Shown one piece after another: positions 30,166 to 40,305 of a DNA stretch of 64,000 nucleotides. The position numbers and the translations under genes were made by a program. The stretch covers positions 99 to 64,098 of the forward strand of contig CAACVY010000003.1 in assembly GCA_900661335.1 (NCBI GenBank), in the 5' to 3' direction. This DNA comes from an uncultured bacterium (GTDB lineage: Bacteria > Verrucomicrobiota > Kiritimatiellia > PWTM01). The notes beneath the pieces are model-generated. The model was given only the letters and a program-made list of their open reading frames with translations. It made no database searches and was not told the DNA's origin. Position 1 is the stretch's first letter. Every line of letters starts with the position of its first letter.

Positions 30166-31239
30166 ATGAGCTTTGTGCGAGGACGAGCATCGTACCGGGT
30201 ATTTCAATTGGCCGCGTCGTGGCCGAGTCGGTTCGCCGAACGGTTGCAATCGGCGGCCCTGCCCTCGCTGGATCATCTTGAGTCACAGCCGTTGGCGGGC
30301 TGGACTGGTGGACGGCATCCGTTGGATGTGCCCGTGCGCGAGGAGCATGTCGCCCGTGGCGGGTTGTACCGGTGGCACTTTGTCGAGGTGCGCCGCCGGA
30401 TTCCAGCGTCGTACTTGAGGGCGATGATCGAGGTTGAAACGCTGGCCCGAATGGACGCGGAAGGAGTGCCCGTCCTCCGTCGGGCCGCGCGGTCTGAAGT
30501 TCGCCGTCAGGTGGAAGAACGCCTGTTGGCGCAGGCGCAGCCTACGCTTCGGGTCATCGAGCTGGTTGGCGACGCTGCCGCGGGGTTGGTATGGGCCTCA
30601 GCACTTTCGCCGTTGCAGGCCGACCGGATTGGTGTGGAGTGGCACCGAACGTTCGGCCAGAAGCTTGAACTCCTGGACCCAGGGGGCGCGGCCATGCAGC
30701 TGGGGTTCGCAGACCCGAGGCGATGGCCGGCCGGGGAGCGGGCGGAGGTAGACCCGGGCGCGGAATTCTTTACCTGGTTGTGGTTTCGAATGGAAATCCA
30801 GGGCGGCGACGTACAGTCGGCCCGACATGGAAGGTTCGCATACCTTCTCGAAGGGCCCATCTGCCTCGGCTACGACGAAGGCGACGGCGCCTTGGAGCTG
30901 GTGGCCCGGAAGGGCGATCCAATGTCCAGTGCCGACACCCGTGCGGCGTTGCGCAGCGGCAAATATCTGTTGCGGTGCCGGGTGACGCTCGCACGAGGCG
31001 ACCGCCAGTGGAGCGCGACGATCGAGGCACGGTCGTTCGCGGTCCGTTCTGCGCGGTGGGCCGAGGACGGCGAGCGCGATTCGACGGGCGATCCGCTCGG
31101 TGAGCGCATCAGCCAGTTGCGGGAATTTCACGAGCTTTGGATGGACCTGTACCGTAGTTTTCTCGAAGTTCGGACCGATCCGCGGCGCTGGTCGTCCGAA
31201 GTTTCGGAGTTGCGCCGTTGGCGAGAAAGGACGCGATGA
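30166..31239 (+). CDS. hypothetical protein, possibly RdgC-like recombination-associated protein
   Basis: The ATG at 30166 follows GGAGGAAG. The N-terminus SYRVFQL...LAGWTGG and a later block RSEVRRQVEERLLAQAQPTLRVIELVGD...GLVWAS loosely follow the RdgC layout. The similarity is weak. Confidence 0.5.
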   Translation: MSFVRGRASYRVFQLAASWPSRFAERLQSAALPSLDHLESQPLAGWTGGRHPLDVPVREEHVARGGLYRWHFVEVRRRIPASYLRAMIEVETLARMDAEGVPVLRRAARSEVRRQVEERLLAQAQPTLRVIELVGDAAAGLVWASALSPLQADRIGVEWHRTFGQKLELLDPGGAAMQLGFADPRRWPAGERAEVDPGAEFFTWLWFRMEIQGGDVQSARHGRFAYLLEGPICLGYDEGDGALELVARKGDPMSSADTRAALRSGKYLLRCRVTLARGDRQWSATIEARSFAVRSARWAEDGERDSTGDPLGERISQLREFHELWMDLYRSFLEVRTDPRRWSSEVSELRRWRERTR

Positions 31240-32393
31240 ACGCGGACCACTCACCGGTGTCGATGGACCTGGGCCAGGGGAGCCGTCCCACCCGGCCGTT
31301 TCCTGCGGAGGAGTACGTCGCTCGGATCGAGCGCCTTCGCACGCGGTTGAAGGAACGAAAGTTGGATGTCGCCATACTTGCGTCGCCCGTTCACCGGGTA
31401 TACTTCACCGGATTTCAGTCCAGCCAAGGGCTGCTGGTCGTGTTCGCCGATGGGAGAGCACAATTCTTCACCGATTTTCGGTATCTCGAGGCTGCGCAAT
31501 CTGCACTACGGTTTCTCGATGTGCGCGCATGGCCGAAAAAGCTCTCGGCTATATTCGCACGGCTCAAGGGAGTCCGGCGGGCCGGCTACGAGGGTGCGGT
31601 GGTGTCCGTGCGTACCTGGCAACAATGGCGGCGCGAGTGGCCAAGCCTCCGGACCTGGGCGGATCTCAGCGAGGATCTTGGGACGTTGCGGGCAGTCAAA
31701 AGTCCTAGGGAGCTTATGGCGATTCGGGCGGCTGCGGCCGCGGCGGATGAAGCATTCCGCCGGTTGACGGCGGAAATAGCGCCCGGCATGACGGAGTGGG
31801 AGATTCGGGTCCGTTTGCGACATCACCTCGACGTGCTGAGTCAAGGCGAGTCGTTCGCGGTGATCATCGCTGCGGGGCCCAACGCGTCGCGCTGTCATCA
31901 CAGTCCCACCATGCGTCGTTGGCGGGCGGAGGAACCCTTGTTGATCGACATGGGCGCGCTGGTGGATGGATACCACTCCGATCTCACTCGCGTGGTCTTT
32001 GCCCGTCCGCCGAGCCGCCGCTGGTGGACGATCTACGCAGCGGTGTTGGAGGCCCAGGAGGCGGCGATCGGCGCGATTCGAGCTGGCGTGCCGTGCGTGG
32101 AGGTGGATCGGGCCGCTCGCCGTGTACTCCAACGATATGGCTGGAAGAAAGAGTTCGGTCACGGAACGGGTCATGGCGTGGGGCTCGAAATTCACGAGTC
32201 GCCTTCGCTGGCGCCGCGACGGCCGCGGACGGATCTTTTGGCAGCCGATATGGTCGTCACCGTCGAACCCGGCGTGTACATCCCGGGGCTTGGGGGTGTG
32301 CGGATCGAGGATATGGTCCACGTCACCGAACGGGGGCCGGAGGTTTGGACTGCCGCGCCCAAAGGTTTCGAGCAGGCAATTCTAAGTTCTTAA
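31236..32393 (+). CDS. M24 family Xaa-Pro aminopeptidase
   Basis: [31 protein letters not shown] and [17 protein letters not shown] are the metal ligands of the pita-bread fold. The ATG at 31236 overlaps the upstream stop (ATGA). Confidence 0.85.
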   Translation: MNADHSPVSMDLGQGSRPTRPFPAEEYVARIERLRTRLKERKLDVAILASPVHRVYFTGFQSSQGLLVVFADGRAQFFTDFRYLEAAQSALRFLDVRAWPKKLSAIFARLKGVRRAGYEGAVVSVRTWQQWRREWPSLRTWADLSEDLGTLRAVKSPRELMAIRAAAAAADEAFRRLTAEIAPGMTEWEIRVRLRHHLDVLSQGESFAVIIAAGPNASRCHHSPTMRRWRAEEPLLIDMGALVDGYHSDLTRVVFARPPSRRWWTIYAAVLEAQEAAIGAIRAGVPCVEVDRAARRVLQRYGWKKEFGHGTGHGVGLEIHESPSLAPRRPRTDLLAADMVVTVEPGVYIPGLGGVRIEDMVHVTERGPEVWTAAPKGFEQAILSS

Positions 32394-32615
32394 AGCTGAT
32401 TCCGTTGCATGTCGCACGGCCGACCGCAGGCGTGAGGGGCACCCCAACGCTTGTGCGCGGCGTGCGGTGGGGTGGAGCGTCCCGAGATCCCACCTGTGCG
32501 CCGGATCCTGTTGTTGAATCGCCTCTGCGCAACGGTTCGAACGATCTGCCGAACGGCGTAGGCAATCGTTGGGTAGGTCTGCCAGCATTCTAGAGAGCCG
32601 ACGGAATCGGACGAC

Positions 32616-33380
32616 TCAGTTCGCAGCCGAATCTTGGTGGCCGGGGTTCGAGCACCCCTTCACGGATTCGTCCCTATGCGGTTCGGGTAAGTCGGGCTCG
32701 GTGCTGCGCAGGTCGGGCGGCGCGAGGACCACGGTGTACTCTCCGCGGGCGGGGCGGGTGGAGAGCCGTGCGCGTACGTCGGGTACGGTGCCTTCGATGG
32801 TCTCCTCAAACAATTTGGTGAGTTCACGGCACACACAAACCCGCCGCTTCGGCGCCCGCGCCTCTAGCTCTTCGAGGAGTCGGAGGATTCGGTGCGGCGA
32901 TTCGAACAACACGAGGGTCTCGGGCCGTTGAAGCAACTCCTCCAGCACCACTTCACGGCGATGGCCGTGCGAGGGAAGAAACCCACCGAACGTGAACCGG
33001 TCGGCGGGATATCCGCTGATGGCCAACGCAGCGGTCAACGCCGAAGGTCCAGGAACGACCCATACTCGAATACCGGCTTGGCGGCAGGCTCGAACGATCC
33101 GCGCGCCAGGATCCGAAATGGCTGGCATGCCGGAATCCGTAACCAAAGCCACCGGCTCGATCGCCGCGCGGCGGCACACGGATTCGACTTGCGAAGCCTC
33201 GGAAAACTTATGACAGGACTGGAGTGGGACGGACAACCCGTACCTCGCGAGCAATTTGCGAGTGACCCGCGTGTCCTCCGCGAGAATCCAGCGGACTTGC
33301 CGCAGTACCTCCACTGCGCGCACGGACAAGTCTGCCAGGTTGCCGATCGGCGTGCCCACCACGTACAGCCCCGGGTCCAT
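32616..33380 (-). CDS. rsmI: 16S rRNA (cytidine1402-2'-O)-methyltransferase
   Basis: MDPGLYVVGTPIGNLADLSVRAVEVLRQV..ILAEDTR and PAISDPG are RsmI/tetrapyrrole-methylase motifs. The ATG is at 33380. Confidence 0.88.
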   Translation of the reverse strand: MDPGLYVVGTPIGNLADLSVRAVEVLRQVRWILAEDTRVTRKLLARYGLSVPLQSCHKFSEASQVESVCRRAAIEPVALVTDSGMPAISDPGARIVRACRQAGIRVWVVPGPSALTAALAISGYPADRFTFGGFLPSHGHRREVVLEELLQRPETLVLFESPHRILRLLEELEARAPKRRVCVCRELTKLFEETIEGTVPDVRARLSTRPARGEYTVVLAPPDLRSTEPDLPEPHRDESVKGCSNPGHQDSAAN

Positions 33381-33426
33381 GGCAAAACTCCCCGCCCGCG
33401 GCCGGGCCGGAGCGAGTCGATCCCGA

Positions 33427-35226
33427 CTACACTCCGAGCGCCCGGCGAAGATGGTCCAGCTGCTGCCAAAGTTCTTTGGGCAACCGGTCCCCGAAGGTCT
33501 GGTAATGCCGCTCGATGTCGTCCAACTCCGCCACCCATTCGTCGGGTCGAACGCTGAGGAGGGTTTCAACCGAGTCGGTGGAAAGGTTCAGTCCGGACAG
33601 GTCGAGCGCGTCGGGGGTGGGCACGCGCCCGATCGGAGTTTCCACTGCAGATGCTGTACCTTCGAGCCGCTCCACGATCCATTTCAACACGCGGATATTT
33701 TCGCCGAAGCCCGGCCACAGGAATTTACCTTCGGGCGATCGGCGGAACCAATTGACGTAGTACATCCGTGGCAGATTTTGCTCCGAAGTTCGCTGTCCCA
33801 TGCGGATCCAGTGCGCGAAATAATCGCCCATGTGGTAGCCGCAGAACGGGAGCATGGCCATGGGGTCACGGCGCAGTGTGCCGACCCGGCCGAAGGCGGC
33901 GGCGGTCATTTCGCTGCCCATGATGGAGCCCAGGAACACGCCATGAACCCATGACCGGGCTTCGGTCACCAGCGGCACAGTAGTGGCGCGCCGGCCTCCA
34001 AAGAGGATCGCGCTGATGGGAACGCCGGCGGGATCCTCCCACTCGGGTGCGATGACCGGGCATTGACGCGCCGGTGCGGTGAACCGCGCATTGGGGTGAG
34101 CGCCTTTCCGACCACAGTCCGGCGTCCATTCCTTTCCTTGCCAATCCACGCCGCGCGGCGGCGGCTCGGCGGTCATGTCCTCCCACCACACGTCGCCGTC
34201 CGGGGTCAGCAAGCAGTTCGTGAAGATGCAATTCCGCTCGAGCGTGCGTATCGCGTTGGGATTGCTCTTCATGCTCGTGCCGGGGGCGACACCGAAAAAG
34301 CCGGTTTCGGGGTTAATGGCGTGGAAGCGTCCATCCGGCCCCAACTTCATCCAGCAGATGTCATCGCCAATGGTTTCCAGCTTCCAGCCGGGCAGGGCGG
34401 GTTGCATCATGGCCAAATTGGTCTTTCCGCATGCCGATGGAAAGGCCCCGGCGATGTAGTACGTGCGCCCGCGAGGGCTGACGAGCTTGAGGATCAGCAT
34501 GTGCTCCGCCAGCCATCCTTCGTCGCGTCCTTGGACTGACGCGATCCGGAGGGCGTGGCATTTTTTGCCGAGCAGGGCATTGCCACCGTAGCCGGATCCA
34601 TAGGACCAAATCTCGCGAGTGTCGGGGAAATGGGTGATGTATTTCCGCTGGACGTCTGGGTTGCATGGCCATGGGCCGTCGGGTTGACCCGGTTCGAGTG
34701 GAGCGCCGACCGAATGGAGCCCGCGCACAAATTCGCCGTCCTCCCCCAATTGTTCCAACACACGGGCTCCCACGCGCGTCATGATGTGCATGTTGCACAC
34801 CACGTACGGGGAGTCGGTGAGTTCTACGCCAATGTTCGAGATGGGGCTGCCCAGCGGGCCCATGCTATAGGGGATCACGTACATTGTGCGCCCGCGCATA
34901 CACCCATCGTACGCCTGCCGCATCGCCGCGCGAATCTCCTCCGGATCTGCCCAGTTGTTGGTCGGTCCCGCATCGGCGCGATTACGGGGGCAGACGAACG
35001 TTCGCTCTTCTGTCCGCGCGACGTCGCTAGGATCGGATCGAAACAGAAAACTGTTAGGTCGTCGCGCCGGGTTCAGCGGGATGGCAGAACCGGAACGGAC
35101 CATCTTCTGCATCAAGCGGTCATACTCTTGGGGCGATCCATCGCACCACACAATGCGATCCGGCTTGCACATGCAAGCCATTTCTTCCACCCACTTGACC
35201 AATGTACGGTGACGAATTTCGTGCAT
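33427..35226 (-). CDS. pckG: phosphoenolpyruvate carboxykinase (GTP)
   Basis: [10 protein letters not shown] kinase-1a loop, [15 protein letters not shown], and FHVNWF-like YYVNWFRR. The ATG at 35226 gives [15 protein letters not shown]. Confidence 0.9.
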   Translation of the reverse strand: MHEIRHRTLVKWVEEMACMCKPDRIVWCDGSPQEYDRLMQKMVRSGSAIPLNPARRPNSFLFRSDPSDVARTEERTFVCPRNRADAGPTNNWADPEEIRAAMRQAYDGCMRGRTMYVIPYSMGPLGSPISNIGVELTDSPYVVCNMHIMTRVGARVLEQLGEDGEFVRGLHSVGAPLEPGQPDGPWPCNPDVQRKYITHFPDTREIWSYGSGYGGNALLGKKCHALRIASVQGRDEGWLAEHMLILKLVSPRGRTYYIAGAFPSACGKTNLAMMQPALPGWKLETIGDDICWMKLGPDGRFHAINPETGFFGVAPGTSMKSNPNAIRTLERNCIFTNCLLTPDGDVWWEDMTAEPPPRGVDWQGKEWTPDCGRKGAHPNARFTAPARQCPVIAPEWEDPAGVPISAILFGGRRATTVPLVTEARSWVHGVFLGSIMGSEMTAAAFGRVGTLRRDPMAMLPFCGYHMGDYFAHWIRMGQRTSEQNLPRMYYVNWFRRSPEGKFLWPGFGENIRVLKWIVERLEGTASAVETPIGRVPTPDALDLSGLNLSTDSVETLLSVRPDEWVAELDDIERHYQTFGDRLPKELWQQLDHLRRALGV

Positions 35227-35568
35227 GACAGTTTCTCCGAGATGTGGTTGCCCGCATCCGCGGGTCCGCAGAGTGTAGTCACGAGGTACGCGCTTGGCAA
35301 CCGGATCGTACAAAGCGCGCTGGGGAGGGCGAGCCAAAGGTTCGCGCGGAAGGGCAGATTCTGGGCACCATGCCCGGTGGGTTCAAGCAACCTGTCCGGG
35401 ACGATTGCGGAACGTTTTCATCTACGGTGCGGTCGGCGGGTGCGGTCATGGAATCAACATCCGCCCGAACTCCACCAATTGCCTTGATCGTGCCTGAACC
35501 ACATTCGAACAGATGAGTTCGGCCAGACACGCTTGACGAGCGGCCAGTGTCCCGGCAGGCTAAGAGCC

Positions 35569-35862
35569 ATGGGACAACAACTTCGAGTTCGAGTCAAACG
35601 GAAGGCGCGCAAGCGGTATTGGAAGCGGAAGAAGGCCCAGTTGAAGGAGCAGGCGGCGAAAAAAGCGGCGGCCCGGAAAGCGGCCCGCGCTGCGGTGGAA
35701 GCCGCCACGCGTGCAGCGGAACCCGTGGCGGCACCGGCCGAGCCCGCCGCGCCGTCTTCGGCGAGCAGCGTCGCTTCTCAGGAGTCAGGGCCGAGCCCCG
35801 AGAATGCGGGGGCCGCTCCCGTGAGCGCGTCCACGGACGCGACGAATGATTCTGGTAGTTGA
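35569..35862 (+). CDS. small basic Lys/Arg/Ala-rich low-complexity protein
   Basis: MGQQLRVRVKRKARKRYWKRKKAQLKEQAAKKAAARKAARAA..., followed by an Ala/Pro/Ser tail. Third-position G/C is high. It overlaps the next gene by 17 nt. No family was recognised. Confidence 0.45.
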   Translation: MGQQLRVRVKRKARKRYWKRKKAQLKEQAAKKAAARKAARAAVEAATRAAEPVAAPAEPAAPSSASSVASQESGPSPENAGAAPVSASTDATNDSGS

Positions 35863-36232
35863 CGACGATCCTGGCTGCACAGAACTCCTCCGGGAGCTTC
35901 TGGAGAACGAGGGGTATGAGGTGCGCGTGGCGTACGACGGAGCCGCGGCGTATCGCCATCTGCGCGATCCGAATTGCCGTGGGATGCTCCTCGACATTCA
36001 TATGCCAGGGGTCAACGGAGCGGAACTGTTGATGCTGATGGAGGCGGACGGGATTCCGCTTCCGGTGATTGTGCTTACGGGAGATCCCGATTTCGACGAA
36101 ACGGAAATGCGGCAGTTTCGCAACGTTCGGCGGCTCTTTCATAAACCGCTCTATCCCGAAGAGGTTCTCGCCGCCGTGCGGCAATTCTTCGAGCGGCCCC
36201 CGCAACGGACTCGCACTAAGACGGGTCATTGA
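35846..36232 (+). CDS. stand-alone response regulator receiver (CheY-like)
   Basis: ILVVDDDP, the phospho-acceptor LLDIHMPG, VIVLTG and FHKPL form the complete receiver motif set. There is no output domain. Confidence 0.85.
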   Translation: MILVVDDDPGCTELLRELLENEGYEVRVAYDGAAAYRHLRDPNCRGMLLDIHMPGVNGAELLMLMEADGIPLPVIVLTGDPDFDETEMRQFRNVRRLFHKPLYPEEVLAAVRQFFERPPQRTRTKTGH

Positions 36233-36775
36233 AGCCGGCGCGTTTCCCACCTGGCCGAAATCGGTTTTGCATAAACTGTATGGCATCCGCGGGTGTGCCT
36301 GTCGGGGTGTGCGTGGAGGATCATTCCCCTAACTTCTGCTGGGCGAGGGGAACGTGATTCGAGCTAGCTGGGTAGCTTTCGCGGGTGGTCGAGCGCGCTC
36401 TTCGACGATTCGGCAGGAGCTTTTACTGGGCAGACATTGGGCCTGATGCGCTACGTTGCGCTCCGATGGGCAGGGACCTTCGGCTTGCGCCGCACGCGCT
36501 CGGGTGGCGCCAGGCACGTCCGGCGTATGCAGTCCAAATTCTCACGACAGTCGCAGCGCGTGCCTGCTGACGCCCAGAATTCCTTCGACAATTCGCGCGC
36601 GGCTTGCATCCGACGCAGGGACTGGGGCGTAGGAGCGAAGGTCGGAATGGTCAGCCCGTCGGGCGTGACACCACTTTGCCGTTCTGACTCGGCGTGTTAT
36701 GGAGGGTGAAACCCCAGGTCTCGGGGCCCTCGCGCGGGCTTGACACGCGGTCAGGGCCGGGTGAACGTTCCCTGT

Positions 36776-37516
36776 GTGAAGTGGGCGCAGTGGAAACGGA
36801 TTCTGTGGGTCATGGCCCTATTCAGTGGATGGGATCTGCCGGCCGCGGAGGCACAGACGCCTCCGAACGATGAGCGGGCCGAGGAGCGGGCTGCAATGGT
36901 CCGCCAAATTCGGGCCTACGGCGTGACCAACGAAGCGGTGTTGGCCGCGATGGCGCGCGTACGCCGGCACCGGTTCATTCCTGAAGCCTATCGCGGACCG
37001 GGAGACTACGGAGATCATCCTTCCCCGATCGGGTTCGGCCAGACCATTTCTCAGCCGTACATCGTGGCCTACATGACCGAACGGCTGCGCGTTCGGCCTG
37101 GCATGAAGGTGCTGGAAGTTGGCACAGGTTCAGGCTACCAAGCCGCCGTGTTGGCCACGATGGGCGCGGAGGTCTACACGATCGAAATTATCCCCGAGCT
37201 GGCCGAACATGCGCGCAAGGTTCTCGCCGCGGAAGGGTTCAGCCAGGTGCGCGTGCGGACGGGCGATGGGTATGAAGGCTGGCCGGAGGCAGCGCCGTTT
37301 GATGGAATTATCGTGACTTGTGCCCCTCCGGAAATCCCGCGCAAATTGGTCGAACAACTGGCGGAAGGTGGGCGGATGGTGCTGCCGGTAGGCCCGAGTG
37401 GCGGCACGCAAGATCTGATCACGTTGCGCAAGGAGGGCGGCGAGCTCGTAAAAGAAGATGTGCTCCCTGTCCGATTTGTTCCGATGGTACCTGGAAGTTC
37501 TCGGCCGGCTCGCTGA
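36776..37516 (+). CDS. pcm: protein-L-isoaspartate O-methyltransferase, apparently exported
   Basis: ISQPYIVAYMTE, VLEVGTGSGYQAAVLA and DGIIVTCAPPEIP. The N-terminus KWAQWKRILWVMALFSGWDLPAAEA is signal-like. The start could be the GTG at 36776 or the TTG at 36740. Confidence 0.85.
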   Translation: MKWAQWKRILWVMALFSGWDLPAAEAQTPPNDERAEERAAMVRQIRAYGVTNEAVLAAMARVRRHRFIPEAYRGPGDYGDHPSPIGFGQTISQPYIVAYMTERLRVRPGMKVLEVGTGSGYQAAVLATMGAEVYTIEIIPELAEHARKVLAAEGFSQVRVRTGDGYEGWPEAAPFDGIIVTCAPPEIPRKLVEQLAEGGRMVLPVGPSGGTQDLITLRKEGGELVKEDVLPVRFVPMVPGSSRPAR

Positions 37517-37715
37517 CCGCCGTCAGCCCGTGCCGTGGGTGCGGAAGGTACGCCACTGCGGTGATGTTCAGCGCCGGGTAGGACTGGGCCGCCGTCTATG
37601 CTGGAACGCTGCCGCGGGTCTACAACGAATCCGCCGTTGGGCACGAGCGAGGCGGCCATGTTGCCCGCCCGTCCGCCGTTGGTGTCGTATTTCGTGCGGT
37701 CTCGCGTTTGCGGGG

Positions 37716-38738
37716 ATGCTCGAGATCGTGCCCGGCCCGTATGCCCGAGAAGACTTCACGTTCTTTGTAGTGGCGGACACGCACTATGGCACGGATCCTG
37801 TGGCGGACGCCACGACGTCACGCCTCGTGGATCAAATGAATGGCTTGCCGGGAACGCCTTGGCCGGCTCCACTGGGCGGGCATGTAGACCCACCGCGTGG
37901 GGTGGTTCACCTGGGCGACATCACCAACGACGGCCGCGCGGAAAGCCTGAGAACATATTGGGCGGACTACGGGTGGACTGGACAAGACGGTCGCCTTCGT
38001 TTTCCCGTGTTCGAAATGTGGGGCAACCATGATGGAGGTCCGCGGCAGCCTGTCCAGCTGGCCATCATCGAGCGGAACCGTCGCCGGGAAAGTGCGGCCG
38101 TGCACGTGTCGTCGAACGGCCTGTTTTGTTCGTGGGATTGGGGTGGCATTCACTTCGTGGCGTTGGGGATCTTTCCGGGCACCTCGCAGAAGACGTACGA
38201 CCCACAAGGTAGCCTTCCGTTTCTGGTCGCAGATTTGGCGCGCCACGTGGGCTCCTCGGACCGCCCGGTGATCTTGCTGCACCATTTTGGATTCGACCGC
38301 CACAGCGTGGGATGGTGGTCGAACGAATTTTGGGTGGCGTATCGGGACGCAATTCGGCCGTACAACGTAGCGGCCATCTTTCATGGCCATTCGCACGAGA
38401 CGCTCGGATATGAGTGGGAAGGCATTCCGGTGTTCTCGCCGCCACACCTTCGGCGTTCTCGGCCTGGCACGGAACCTCCGTTCACTCATGGGTTTTTCGC
38501 GGTGCGCGTGGAAGGCGGTGAAATGTTCGTGGTCGAGCGCAGAGTTGACGGCACTTGGGGGCGTACATTCCGTGTGAAGATTCGGTGGCCGGCAGAGGAA
38601 GGGGCTCCGCCGAGTGCGAAGCAAGCTCCATCCTCATCCCATCGGCTGCTTCCGATCCAAAATTTGGCTCCGGTGGCCTCGGTCCCCGTCGGGGTCTCCA
38701 ACTACGCCCGGCGTTGTGCCGTCGTAGCGATCCCTTGA
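37716..38738 (+). CDS. metallophosphoesterase (calcineurin-like)
   Basis: VVADTHYG, GDITNDG, WGNHDG, LLHHFG and FHGHSHE are the phosphoesterase metal-ligand motifs. The start is uncertain: the ATG at 37716 is the first in-frame start after the pcm stop region. Confidence 0.75.
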   Translation: MLEIVPGPYAREDFTFFVVADTHYGTDPVADATTSRLVDQMNGLPGTPWPAPLGGHVDPPRGVVHLGDITNDGRAESLRTYWADYGWTGQDGRLRFPVFEMWGNHDGGPRQPVQLAIIERNRRRESAAVHVSSNGLFCSWDWGGIHFVALGIFPGTSQKTYDPQGSLPFLVADLARHVGSSDRPVILLHHFGFDRHSVGWWSNEFWVAYRDAIRPYNVAAIFHGHSHETLGYEWEGIPVFSPPHLRRSRPGTEPPFTHGFFAVRVEGGEMFVVERRVDGTWGRTFRVKIRWPAEEGAPPSAKQAPSSSHRLLPIQNLAPVASVPVGVSNYARRCAVVAIP

Positions 38739-39033
38739 GAGTGCGGACTGGATCGCTCCAAGCTTTCTGCCCGGCATCGTACGATTGGGGCCGAATAGTT
38801 GCGCCGCCCTCCGTGGAGAGTGGGTGCAGCGAGGGTTCGCCGGAATGATCGCGAACCACAACGCTGTCGAGCCGTTCCGCGCCGGAGCCTTTGGGCCGTC
38901 GTTTCGCAGATAGTCCGACTCGAATTCGGAACGACAGTCTCCGAACCTTTGGGCATTTGCATTAGGCCAACGCTTTGGAAAACGCACGCCGATCCCGGCC
39001 CACCACTGGTCTGACGAGCGAAGCTCCCGCGTA

Positions 39034-39348
39034 CTAGCTCTGGGAACGGCTCGCGAGAAGTGCTCCGACGGCATCGAGAATAGACGGAACGTCCGCTTCC
39101 GTGACTTGCGAGAACCAGAGTCCCGTCGGGTGGATGATAACGTTCGGTCCACGGGCGCATAGGCCCATGCAGCCGGAGTACGAGACCCGCACCTTCCCTT
39201 TCCAGCCGCGCGCCTCCGCGCCTTCCTTGAGCAAATCTTTTAGGCGCATGCCCAGCCCATTGCCGCAGGCCTTCGAGCCGTCCGACTTGGTGTGAACGCA
39301 CACCCAGATGTGAGCCACGTAGGGCGAACGAGCTTGTTGCATGGGCAA
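39034..39348 (-). CDS. thioredoxin-like [2Fe-2S] ferredoxin domain protein
   Basis: HIWVCVHTK...KACG...YSGCMGLCARGPNVIIHP shows the Cys pattern and GPN motif of the (2Fe-2S) ferredoxin family. Confidence 0.7.
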   Translation of the reverse strand: MPMQQARSPYVAHIWVCVHTKSDGSKACGNGLGMRLKDLLKEGAEARGWKGKVRVSYSGCMGLCARGPNVIIHPTGLWFSQVTEADVPSILDAVGALLASRSQS

Positions 39349-39358
39349 CCTGGAGACG

Positions 39359-40114
39359 TCAGAAGGTCCGCACTAGTTTGAACGCGCCGATGAAGTTTTC
39401 ATCGATGTCACTGCCGGTCTCGACGCCCCCGTAGACTCCGAACAGCCACGCTTCAGTAGGCCGGTAGAGGAAGCCACCGAGCACGGTCGCGCGATCCGGG
39501 ACGTTTTCGTCCGTGGAGGTTTCGAACATGATTTCGCCCAGCAGTTGGAACTGCGGCCGGAACGTGTAGATGACTGCCGCGCCCAATTGTACGCTGTTAT
39601 CTGTATCGGCGCGTGCCACGAACCCGGCGCTGGCCACGAAATCCCAGTCATCCTCCACCGTGGTGCCGGCGGCAAGTCCCACTTTGAACTGCGTTTCGCC
39701 GCGGCCGAGACGTTTCTCATCGTCGCCGGTGGGAAGCGCGAGTCGGGCGAAAGGCATCAGATAGGGATAGCCCAAAGCGCCGCGATATCCAATAAGGTCC
39801 AACCCCACTTGAATGTCGCCGAGCCCGACCTCAACATCGTCGGAAACTTCGGAGCGCCCGAACGGCACTTGCAACGACGCGGCCAACTCTGGGGTTAAGC
39901 CTAGCCGCGCCATGGGCACGAGCCAGCCGACGTTGTCGTTGGCATTCGGTTTGTTTTGCTCGGTGATTTCCTGATAGAGGACCCAACCACCCACCTCGAG
40001 CTGGCCTTGGTCCGGGAGTTTTCCTTCTTCCACCAACAAGGTTCGGGTGGGCTCCGCCAGTGCCGCCCAAGTTCCCATCCCTACTGTCACGCACACCACA
40101 GCTAGTTTTTTCAT
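39359..40114 (-). CDS. outer-membrane beta-barrel protein (MetA-pathway/transporter-like family)
   Basis: The signal is MKKLAVVCVTVGMGTWAALA. The sequence shows an alternating amphipathic beta-strand pattern and ends in a terminal aromatic residue (...KLVRTF). Confidence 0.6.
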   Translation of the reverse strand: MKKLAVVCVTVGMGTWAALAEPTRTLLVEEGKLPDQGQLEVGGWVLYQEITEQNKPNANDNVGWLVPMARLGLTPELAASLQVPFGRSEVSDDVEVGLGDIQVGLDLIGYRGALGYPYLMPFARLALPTGDDEKRLGRGETQFKVGLAAGTTVEDDWDFVASAGFVARADTDNSVQLGAAVIYTFRPQFQLLGEIMFETSTDENVPDRATVLGGFLYRPTEAWLFGVYGGVETGSDIDENFIGAFKLVRTF

Positions 40115-40305
40115 GGTTCGATCCTTTTCACAGGCCTTGTCACCCATCGGCCTGAACACCTTTATTCAACAAGATCCTCCGTTCCAAATCAAGTGCCACT
40201 ATGGACAGCCACCTCCAACGCCGGGCAGGACGGTGTCCCGCCTTTGGAGTGGGAGCCATCGCGTGCCAAGGGTGTCCTCGGCTTGGGAAGGTCGGCCGCG
40301 GCCTT

